From Candidatus Jordarchaeum madagascarense (lineage in GTDB: Archaea; Asgardarchaeota; Jordiarchaeia; Jordiarchaeales; Jordiarchaeaceae), in the NCBI GenBank assembly GCA_019056875.1, contig DXJA01000257.1, forward strand, positions 1 through 15,428: DNA of 15,428 nucleotides. Reading direction: 5' to 3'. The notes below the pieces were generated by a model. The model searched no databases, had not been told where the DNA came from, and saw only the letters and a program-made list of their open reading frames with translations. Position numbers and translations under genes: made by a program. This document shows, piece after piece, positions 1-7,204 of the stretch. Position 1 is the stretch's first letter. Each line of letters starts with the position of its first letter.

Positions 1-353
1 AAATTTCGTTTTATTTTTTCACTATCACAATATAGAGAAATCAAATTTTAATTATCGTAATTCCAGAAATTCTTCCGATAAGCACTTCCCAACACACATC
101 AGCGTTCTCGTTCGCTTTACTTTCAGCGAAATTTTTAATAAAAAAAGTATGTTATACTCATTAACATAGTACAACTTTAAGGAACTCTAAGCTCTATCTG
201 ATTCATTTTAGCTATACCTCTTCTTCTATGGATAACTTTTAAATGAATTAAAATTAAAGAGTGTTGGTTGCAATCGAGATTTGGGTTTAGATTTTTAAGG
301 AATGAATGATTTTTCAATAGTTAGGAATGTAATGGTTGAGGGAGTTGTTTTTA

Positions 354-1457
354 ATGAGTGATAAGATTGTTTACGTTGATGTTGAAACTCTTCGAAACTT
401 CATGGTTGATGTTTTCGTTGGATCGGGTGTTCCGCGTGAGGACGCCGATATCTGTGCTGAGGTTCTGATTACTTCCGACGTTTGGGGTATTGATTCACAT
501 GGTATCCAAAGGTTGAAAATGTACTATGACCGTATCAAGGAGGGCATCCAGTTTCCAGTCACAAAAATAAGTATAATTAATGAGGGGCCTACAACCGCTT
601 TGGTTGATGGAGGTAATGGTATGGGTCATGTGGTTGCGTACCGCTCCATGCAGATGGCTATTGAAAAGGCAAAGAATTACGGTACCGGTGCAGTGGCTGT
701 GAGAAACTCCAGTCATTATGGTATAGCTGGCTACTATGCCATGATGGCGGTGAAGGAGGGTATGATTGGTATGGCGATTACCAACGCCAGACCGTCGGTG
801 GCTCCCACGTTTGGTGTGGAACCATTATTGGGAACGAATCCTTTGACATTCGGTTGTCCCACCGATGAAAAGTTTCCTTTTCTTATAGATTGTGCAACTT
901 CTATTATTCAGAGGGGGAAGGTTGAGGTTTTGGATAGGGCGGGTGAGCCCACTCCTGAGGGATTGGTTATCGGTACCAATGGTGAATCACTCTTGGATAC
1001 TAAAGCTATCCTCAGGGATTTGGTTGCAGGTAGTGCCGCCCTCCTGCCATTGGGTGGTGCCGGTGAAACGTGGGGTGGACACAAGGGTTATGGATACTCC
1101 ACTCTGGTTGAGATCCTCTGTGCAGCTTTGGGAGGTGGACCTTACCTGAGGGGATTGTCTGCAGGGGACAAGGGCGAAAAAACGCCTTACAGACTGGGAC
1201 ATTTCTTCCTCGCAATAAACGTTTCAAGCTTCACCTCCCTAGAGGAGTTCAAGAAGACCGCTGGAAACATCGTGAGGGAATTAAGAAACTCCAAGAAGGC
1301 TCCCGGACAGGCTAGGATTTACACCGCTGGTGAGAAGGAGTACGAGAAGCAGAGGGAGAGAATGAAAACAGGTATACCCATCAATCCCAATCTCCAAAAG
1401 GACATATTATCTATGAAGAAAGAACTGGGCTTGAACCAGTATCAATTCCCATTCTGA
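354..1457 (+). CDS. Ldh_2-family NAD(P)H-dependent oxidoreductase (type-2 malate / L-lactate / L-sulfolactate dehydrogenase family)
   Basis: The track ORF is 336..1457 with a TTG start. I prefer the in-frame ATG at 354 (MSDKIVYVD...), which has GAGGGA at 338-343, 10 nt upstream. The sequence is full length with family-typical blocks: WGIDSHGIQRL (catalytic His region), GNGMGHVVA, VRNSSHYGIAGYY, ITNARPSVAPTFG, LGTNPL, GGHKGYGYS. The substrate cannot be assigned from sequence alone. Confidence 0.85.
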   Translation: MSDKIVYVDVETLRNFMVDVFVGSGVPREDADICAEVLITSDVWGIDSHGIQRLKMYYDRIKEGIQFPVTKISIINEGPTTALVDGGNGMGHVVAYRSMQMAIEKAKNYGTGAVAVRNSSHYGIAGYYAMMAVKEGMIGMAITNARPSVAPTFGVEPLLGTNPLTFGCPTDEKFPFLIDCATSIIQRGKVEVLDRAGEPTPEGLVIGTNGESLLDTKAILRDLVAGSAALLPLGGAGETWGGHKGYGYSTLVEILCAALGGGPYLRGLSAGDKGEKTPYRLGHFFLAINVSSFTSLEEFKKTAGNIVRELRNSKKAPGQARIYTAGEKEYEKQRERMKTGIPINPNLQKDILSMKKELGLNQYQFPF

Positions 1458-1592
1458 AAAAATTTAAAAAAAGGATAATTCTAATCGCCACAGTCACTAT
1501 AATCATCCTTACTAAAGTTATTAATTCTAATCTTGGTTAGTAAGTGGTCTTTGGGAAAGTCTTGTAACATTTGAGATCTAAATCTGAATCAG

Positions 1593-1621
1593 AAAAAAAA
1601 GAAAAAGTAAAAGAGAGAGTT
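1593..1621 (-). terminator. Oligo-T tract directly after the acyl-CoA synthetase stop (archaeal-type terminator candidate)
   Basis: On the minus strand, the sequence right after the TAA stop (1622-1624) reads aactctctcttttactttttctttttttt. It includes a T8 run (A8 on the + strand at 1593-1600). Confidence 0.4.
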
Positions 1622-3271
1622 TTATGCTTTTTCGTCCTTATAGGTGTCTTGGTAGTCTTTTCTTAGTAATTTCTTGAGGATTTTTCCGCTGGGGTTTTTG
1701 GGAATTGTGTTTACAATGATTATTTTTTTGGGCACTTTGTATCCTGCGAGGTTTTCCTTGCAGTATTGGATGATTTCCTCTTCTGTGACGGTTTGTTCTG
1801 GTTTCGGTACTACGAATGCGGTTACTGCTTCCACCCATTTCTCGTGTGGGAGACCAACCACTGTGGCTTCAGCCACTTTGGGGTGACTGAATATCACTCC
1901 CTCTACCTCTACGGTTGAAACGTTTTCTGCTCCGGATTTTACGATGTCCTTCTTCCTATCCACAAAGTAGAAATATCCTTCCTCGTCCATTATTCCGAGA
2001 TCGCCCGTGTGTAACCATCCACTTCTGAAAACGTCGGCTGTCTTCTGCGGTTCCTTGTAGTATCCAAACATTACAGAGGGACTTCTCATCACCAGCTCTC
2101 CGATGGTTCCTGGGGGTACTTCGTTATCGTCCTCATCGAACACTTTTAGTTCGACCGTGTGGTGGGGTTGCCCTATGGGTTCTGATCCTCCATATTTCTC
2201 ATTGGCCTCCTTTAATTTTCTGATGAAATCCGGATGCTGTATGGTTGTTCCTAGAGGCGATGACTCTGATTGTCCCCAGTAGTTCATAAAGTAAATATTT
2301 GGAAGCAGTTCCATCAATTTTTTCAAGCTTGCCTCAGCGATGGGGGAGCCGAATACAATGGCTTTGTTTACGCTTCCGAAGGCTTTACCCAGAAATTCTC
2401 CCAGATTAGGTAAGTTGAGTGAGAGAAGGTTTGTGTAGACTGTTGGGGGATAGACTATGGAGGTGACTTTTTCGTTCTGGATTAGTGAAATAATTTCTAT
2501 GGGGCTGGGCTCGTGGTGCATGACTAATCTTGCTCCGGATGAGAGGGTTGCGAAGAGTAGGTATTGGCCTGCCACGTGGTAGAGGGGTATGGAGTCTATC
2601 AGGGTGTCATCCTTGTTCATGTGTAGGTCTACCGGGGCGCTCATGAATGTGGAATACCAGTTGCTGTGCGTGTTTAGGACGCCCTTGGGCATGGCTTCTG
2701 TTCCGCTGGTGTACATCAGGGTTAGAATGTCTTCCGTATTCACTATTACTTCAGGCTCGGTGTCTGGATATTTTTCCGAGATTAGTTCATCGAAATCGAT
2801 CCATCCTTCTGGCAATTCTACTTCTTTCTTAAGGTTTATCATGCCGTAGGTTTCCACGCTGGGCATTTCTTTTGCGAGCCCTTTCACGTGTTCCACTAAA
2901 TCGTCCTCAACGAATAGGATTTTGGGTTTAGCGTGGTTGATTAGATCCGTGATCTCTTTCCCTCTCAGAGCAAAGTTTAAGGGACATATCCAGGCCCCAA
3001 TCTTTGCGATTCCGTATAGATATACAGAGAATTGTACGCTGTTGTGTGTAATGGCAGCTACTATATCTCCCTTCTTTACTCCCATTTCCAGAAGTGCGTT
3101 TGCAAATCTGTTTACCATTTTGTTTATTTGGTCGTAGGTGAGCCGATGTGTGATGTTTCCCTTGTAGCTGTAAACCAAGGCTTCCTTATTCGGATATCTA
3201 AAAGCAGTTCTTTTTATCAAATCTCCTACGCAGAATCTCCTCATAAGATTCATTTGCAAACCTTCTGCCAT
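1622..3271 (-). CDS. AMP-forming acyl-CoA synthetase / fatty-acid-CoA ligase (ANL superfamily)
   Basis: 549-aa ORF. It has the AMP-binding signature YTSGTEAMPKGV, GWLHTGDLG, and the C-terminal PKNPSGKILKKLLR with the conserved catalytic Lys. GGTGA (reverse complement of 3276-3280) lies 4 nt upstream of the ATG at 3271. A TATA-like tttatata sits on the minus strand around 3311-3318. Confidence 0.9.
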   Translation of the reverse strand: MAEGLQMNLMRRFCVGDLIKRTAFRYPNKEALVYSYKGNITHRLTYDQINKMVNRFANALLEMGVKKGDIVAAITHNSVQFSVYLYGIAKIGAWICPLNFALRGKEITDLINHAKPKILFVEDDLVEHVKGLAKEMPSVETYGMINLKKEVELPEGWIDFDELISEKYPDTEPEVIVNTEDILTLMYTSGTEAMPKGVLNTHSNWYSTFMSAPVDLHMNKDDTLIDSIPLYHVAGQYLLFATLSSGARLVMHHEPSPIEIISLIQNEKVTSIVYPPTVYTNLLSLNLPNLGEFLGKAFGSVNKAIVFGSPIAEASLKKLMELLPNIYFMNYWGQSESSPLGTTIQHPDFIRKLKEANEKYGGSEPIGQPHHTVELKVFDEDDNEVPPGTIGELVMRSPSVMFGYYKEPQKTADVFRSGWLHTGDLGIMDEEGYFYFVDRKKDIVKSGAENVSTVEVEGVIFSHPKVAEATVVGLPHEKWVEAVTAFVVPKPEQTVTEEEIIQYCKENLAGYKVPKKIIIVNTIPKNPSGKILKKLLRKDYQDTYKDEKA

Positions 3272-3494
3272 TTTATCACCTTTGGCTAATTATAGAAGAA
3301 ATGAATGATTATATAAATTATTCCACAATTTTTGAGAAAAATGTTTATAAAAGATAATAATATCTCAACGGATAACAGGAGATTTGTTAATTCTACTGAT
3401 TGTTAGGTATAAGGGGAAAAATTGGTTTTTCAGTTATTGATAGCTCCCTAGGAATAGAGGATGCTATTTATTTGTGAATGTTTTATCGACAAAA

Positions 3495-3521
3495 TTTATA
3501 TATAAACTGTTTATATGTAAA
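3495..3521. promoter_or_regulatory. 27-bp imperfect palindrome overlapping two TATA-like boxes: candidate MarR operator / promoter of the MarR-ABC operon
   Basis: The sequence is tttatatataaac-t-gtttatatgtaaa: 13-bp arms with one mismatched pair, centred on 3508. The arms contain tttatata (3495-3502) and tttatatg (3510-3517). It ends 23 nt before the first possible MarR start codon. Confidence 0.45.
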
Positions 3522-3543
3522 CAAAATTTAACAAGATTGAATC

Positions 3544-4095
3544 TTGGTGAAGCACGTGGAAGAGCATTCAGATTCACAACAAGTCAAGATACTACTCAAA
3601 AACATGCTCAGTGAGAAACCACCCTTCGTCCTTTTACACCGAATCAGAGTAATGATAGATAAAGAGCTTGATTCATTTCTACAGAGAAAATGCCAAATCA
3701 CCCTCCCACAGTTCCACACTCTTGCATTCCTTTACCACAGTCTGCTCGAGGGTAAGCGGGTTCCACTGAGCGGACTGGCGGAGATTCTAAAGGTGACCAA
3801 GGGAAACGTTACCGGCCTAATCGACAGACTGGAAGCACAGAAATACGTGAAAAGGACTCGGGATAAAAGCGATCGCCGTCAAGTCTTGGTTGAAATAACA
3901 CCCGAGGGCTCTGCGAAGTTAGAATCAGCGATCCTACACCACAAGAACTTCATGCAAAACGTCATGGGGTCCATTCTCACAACAGAGGAGAAGATGCAGT
4001 TCCACAGGCTTCTAAAAAAAATTGATGAAAAGTTACCCTCAGCTCTGAGCGAAATTAAAACTAAGCTCGAAGCAAACGAACAATATACGGGGTGA
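3544..4095 (+). CDS. MarR-family winged-helix transcriptional regulator
   Basis: The core LSGLAEILKVTKGNVTGLIDRLEAQKYVKRTRDKSDRRQVLVEITPEG is a textbook MarR wHTH plus wing. The start is uncertain. TTG 3544 or GTG 3547 would be near-leaderless given the TATA-like boxes. ATG 3604 (MLSEKPPFVLLHR...) gives a more typical 163 aa. The stop TGA 4093-4095 lies inside the GGTGAT RBS (4091-4096) of the next gene, which indicates an operon. Confidence 0.88.
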   Translation: MVKHVEEHSDSQQVKILLKNMLSEKPPFVLLHRIRVMIDKELDSFLQRKCQITLPQFHTLAFLYHSLLEGKRVPLSGLAEILKVTKGNVTGLIDRLEAQKYVKRTRDKSDRRQVLVEITPEGSAKLESAILHHKNFMQNVMGSILTTEEKMQFHRLLKKIDEKLPSALSEIKTKLEANEQYTG

Positions 4096-4099
4096 TACA

Positions 4100-5092
4100 A
4101 TGTACACGGTAGAAACTCATAATCTTGTAAAAAAATTTGGAGACGTAGTTGCCGTCAATGGTGTAGACATAAAAGTTAAGCCAAGTGAAATATTCGGCCT
4201 CCTCGGTCCAAACGGAGCGGGCAGGACAACCACAATACACATTTTAAGCTGTATGCTAAAACCCACCTCCGGCGAAGCTTACGTGAACGGCTACGATGTT
4301 ATGAAACACCCAGACCAAGTTAGAAAATCGATAGGAATAGTTTTCCAGGACCCAGCCCTAGACGACCGACTAACCGGCCGCGAGAACATGGAAATACATG
4401 GAATGCTCTACAATGTCCCAAGAAAAGTTTTGAAACCGAGAATAGACGCGGCACTGGAACTCGTAGAACTCAAAGATAGATCCAATTATCTTGTAAGAAC
4501 ATACTCCGGAGGAATGCGCCGACGCCTAGAAATAGCGCGAAGCCTTATACACACGCCAAAAATCCTCTTCCTAGATGAACCCACAATTGGTTTGGACCCT
4601 CAGACTAGGGAGCGAATATGGGAATATATCGAGGAAATGGCTAAAGAAGAAGAAATAACTATAATTTTGACAACCCATTATATGGAGGAGGCGGATAAAC
4701 TCTGCGATAGGGTGGCTATTATAGATTTTGGTGAAATAAAGGCTGAAGGTACTCCTGAAGAGCTTAAAAAACAGCTTGGTGGAGATGTGATCACGGTGAA
4801 AACTAAGAAAGTTAAGGAACTGAACAACGCGGTTTCGGGATTTGAATTTGTGAAGAGTGTGAAAGGAACGAGTGATGGTCTAAAAATAACTCTCATGAAC
4901 GGCGAGGAGCATATTACTGATGTTGCGTGTACAGCCAGGGATAACGGTATTAGTGTTGAATCTCTTGTTCTTCACGAACCTACTCTCAATGACGTGTTCC
5001 TCCACTATACCGGAAGGGAAATTCGGGAGGAGGAAGCATCGGGGTCAATGTTAGCGATGAGAATGAGGGCAAGTATGGGGAGGCGTAGATGA
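4100..5092 (+). CDS. ABC transporter ATP-binding protein, ABC-2 / DrrA-like subfamily (Walker A Lys replaced by Arg)
   Basis: Motifs present: P-loop GPNGAGRTT (Arg codon AGG at 4223-4225 where Lys is expected), Q-loop VFQDP, signature YSGGMRRRL, Walker B ILFLDEPT, D-loop GLD, H-loop TTHYMEE. There is a ~100-aa C-terminal extension as in DrrA-type NBDs. A GGTGAT RBS lies 3 nt upstream of the ATG. Confidence 0.92.
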   Translation: MYTVETHNLVKKFGDVVAVNGVDIKVKPSEIFGLLGPNGAGRTTTIHILSCMLKPTSGEAYVNGYDVMKHPDQVRKSIGIVFQDPALDDRLTGRENMEIHGMLYNVPRKVLKPRIDAALELVELKDRSNYLVRTYSGGMRRRLEIARSLIHTPKILFLDEPTIGLDPQTRERIWEYIEEMAKEEEITIILTTHYMEEADKLCDRVAIIDFGEIKAEGTPEELKKQLGGDVITVKTKKVKELNNAVSGFEFVKSVKGTSDGLKITLMNGEEHITDVACTARDNGISVESLVLHEPTLNDVFLHYTGREIREEEASGSMLAMRMRASMGRRR

Positions 5093-5952
5093 TGCTTGAA
5101 AAAGTAGAGGAAAAGACTGAAGAAGTAGAGACTGAAATACGCGCTGAGCTGCGTGGTATTTACGCGGTATGGTATAGAGAAACTAGGAGATACATACGGG
5201 ATAGGGCACGTATACTTTCGGCGATTTTCACTCCCCTAATATGGCTGGTGCTTTTCGGCCTAGGGTTTAGCGGCCTCTTTCAACAGTCGGGATTCAACTT
5301 CATAAGCTTCGTCTTTCCGGGTATCGTAGGCCAGTCCATTCTTTTCACATCTATGTTTCTCGGAATTTCAGTGATCTATGATAAGCAATTCGGTTTCCTA
5401 AAAGAAATGCTTGTTGCGCCAATCAAAAGGATTTCAGTTTTTTCAGGTAAGTTGTTTGGCGGAGCCACTGACGCGATGATTCAGGGGACAATTGTTCTCC
5501 TTCTTTCGTTTGTCTTGGGCATCTGGATTAGTCCTCTCGTGTTCCTAGCTTGCCTGCCGATTATGTTTTTGACATCTATCACCGTATTGGGCTTGAGTCT
5601 AACTATCGCTTCAAGACTAGAGAGCATGGAATCCTTTGGCTTGGTAATGACCTTCATTGTGATGCCGCTCTTCTTCTCAAGCGGGGCTTTATTCCCGCTA
5701 AGCTCAGCGCCAGGCTGGCTACAAACACTAAGCCACTTTAACCCGTTAACTTACGCTGTTGATGCGCTAAGAGGACTTATACTGGGCCACACACTGATAA
5801 CCTACAATCCAACAACATTCTGGTACGACTTGATTAAAACACTATTATATGGAAACAATATTTACCCAATCTGGCTGGATATAGCGGTACTAGGAGGCTT
5901 CGCCGCAGGACTAATACTACTAGGAGCGTACTCCTTTGGTATGAGAAAGTAA
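5089..5952 (+). CDS. ABC-2 type transporter permease
   Basis: ATGA start/stop overlap with the ATPase gene (5089-5092), with GGAGG at 5079-5083. After a charged N-terminus there are about six hydrophobic segments, e.g. ILSAIFTPLIWLVLFGLGF, IVLLLSFVLGIWISPLVFLACLPIMFL, VMTFIVMPLFFSSGALFPL, LDIAVLGGFAAGLILLGAYSF. The size and position match a DrrB-like permease. Confidence 0.85.
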   Translation: MMLEKVEEKTEEVETEIRAELRGIYAVWYRETRRYIRDRARILSAIFTPLIWLVLFGLGFSGLFQQSGFNFISFVFPGIVGQSILFTSMFLGISVIYDKQFGFLKEMLVAPIKRISVFSGKLFGGATDAMIQGTIVLLLSFVLGIWISPLVFLACLPIMFLTSITVLGLSLTIASRLESMESFGLVMTFIVMPLFFSSGALFPLSSAPGWLQTLSHFNPLTYAVDALRGLILGHTLITYNPTTFWYDLIKTLLYGNNIYPIWLDIAVLGGFAAGLILLGAYSFGMRK

Positions 5953-5975
5953 CAAAACATTCACTTTCATTCCCA

Positions 5976-5987
5976 TTTTTTTATTTT
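5976..5987 (+). terminator. Oligo-T terminator candidate after the ABC operon
   Basis: T7 (5976-5982), then A, then T4 (5984-5987), 24 nt after the permease stop, in a convergent gap. Confidence 0.4.
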
Positions 5988-6013
5988 AAATTTTAGTAGA
6001 ATATACTTTAATC

Positions 6014-6931
6014 TCATTTTTTCGATTTAATGGTTCTTAGATATTCTGCCATCCCTGTTCCAACTTCACCAGTATCTAGGGATCTCATTATTACCATTTG
6101 CTCGAAGAGCTCGGTGTATCCTTCTTGGAAATCCCTTGCGAAGCGGAGATAGGTTTTTTTCCCCAATCTTTTAGACTTTACGGTATAGGTGTTGCCTTTG
6201 ATGTCGGTTATATGATATGTAGAGGTGAGGGGGGTTTGGAACTCATCGTTTTCGTTTGTGGTTTCGATTTCCACTCTTGCTAGGGGTGTGTTTCCGGTTT
6301 TTGTTGCTATTGATCCGGAGAGGTCAGTGCGGTCTCCTTGGTAATCTTTTCGGAATCCACAGGACCAGTCTTTGAATTGGATGTGAGTGGCGTACCACTT
6401 GTCGAATTGGTGCCAGTCCCGGTAGCCCCAACTTTTATCCCGCTGACCATAACCGTTAACGCTTCTTTTTGTTCCATCCTCAAATTTGAGAATGCCTTTC
6501 ACTTTTCCTGAGGCTTCGAAATGACCATGCCAAGACGCTGAGGAGTCTCTGCCGAAATCAAATGTTGGAAATCGGGTTTCCCAAGTCAGTTTGAGTTCTA
6601 GTTTGGGAGCAGTGTATAGTATTTTCCAGGTTTGGAATGGTTTGACCAGCTGGTAGGTGAGAAGGTTGTCTGTGAGCATTTTGTTAATGTCATCCACGTA
6701 GCTTTCTAGCGGCGGTTCTTGGTAGTGGACCTCGATTTCGTCATCTATGAAAAGTAGGAAAACAAATTCTCTTTTCTTCTCGTTGGGTAGTATGCCGATG
6801 GTTGTAAAACCGGACACGTTATTTTTTGCATCCGCCCAGTTGAAGTAGTAAGATTCACGCCACTTCAGCCTGTCGTCCGGTTTATGAAGCAACTCATCAG
6901 ATTCGGTTAAGGTGGACGGTTTACTGGACAT
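6014..6931 (-). CDS. Hypothetical beta-rich soluble protein; possibly AttH/CrtC-like (lipocalin-like barrel) superfamily
   Basis: 305-aa ORF with no hydrophobic helices. The N-terminal HKPDDRLKWRESYYFNWAD resembles the P-D...EWWYF opening block of AttH/CrtC-like proteins, and GYGQRDKSWGYRDW resembles their RD-x-SWG block. These assignments are from memory of those families, not a search. GAGGG (reverse complement of 6939-6943) lies upstream of the ATG at 6931. Confidence 0.6.
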   Translation of the reverse strand: MSSKPSTLTESDELLHKPDDRLKWRESYYFNWADAKNNVSGFTTIGILPNEKKREFVFLLFIDDEIEVHYQEPPLESYVDDINKMLTDNLLTYQLVKPFQTWKILYTAPKLELKLTWETRFPTFDFGRDSSASWHGHFEASGKVKGILKFEDGTKRSVNGYGQRDKSWGYRDWHQFDKWYATHIQFKDWSCGFRKDYQGDRTDLSGSIATKTGNTPLARVEIETTNENDEFQTPLTSTYHITDIKGNTYTVKSKRLGKKTYLRFARDFQEGYTELFEQMVIMRSLDTGEVGTGMAEYLRTIKSKK

Positions 6932-7204
6932 TTCAGACCCTCAGAGGTAATTATTGCTTATATTTTGAAAACATGAAAATAATAATTGCTTTTATCTACT
7001 TCCTATTTAATATTTATCTTTTCTACATGTGTATAAACCCAAAAAAAAATAAACTTGGTTATAGATTTGTAAAAACAGTATTCTAGGACGGCACACTTTT
7101 AGTAGCTTTTTATGATCGAGATTTAGTATTTCACAAGCATGCACAGTCAGAGCTACTTCATATTCTGTTTTTACAAGACGTACTTTTAATCATACTAATC
7201 TATT

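Noticed and set aside
111-136. A hairpin ttcgct-ttactttc-agcgaa followed by attttt near the left edge, possibly a terminator of a gene outside the window.
   Set aside because: The stem is only 6 bp, the gene it would serve is not visible, and it cannot be evaluated from this window.
1479-1544. An 11-bp direct repeat taattctaatc (about 1479 and 1522) and an 8-bp inverted repeat cttactaa/ttagtaag (1508-1515 / 1537-1544) in the convergent gap.
   Set aside because: These are short, A/T-rich and within chance expectation for such a spacer. No T-run follows the stem.
495-6283. Short overlapping or antisense track ORFs: 495-716, 892-1149, 987-1202, 1012-1227, 1638-1838, 1674-1886, 2589-2849, 2647-2832, 2922-3137, 3032-3289, 3528-3719, 3879-4100, 4678-4896, 5550-5741, 6098-6283.
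   Set aside because: Each is nested in, or antisense to, a much longer ORF with clear family motifs. Their translations are compositionally odd and they lack RBS or promoter context.
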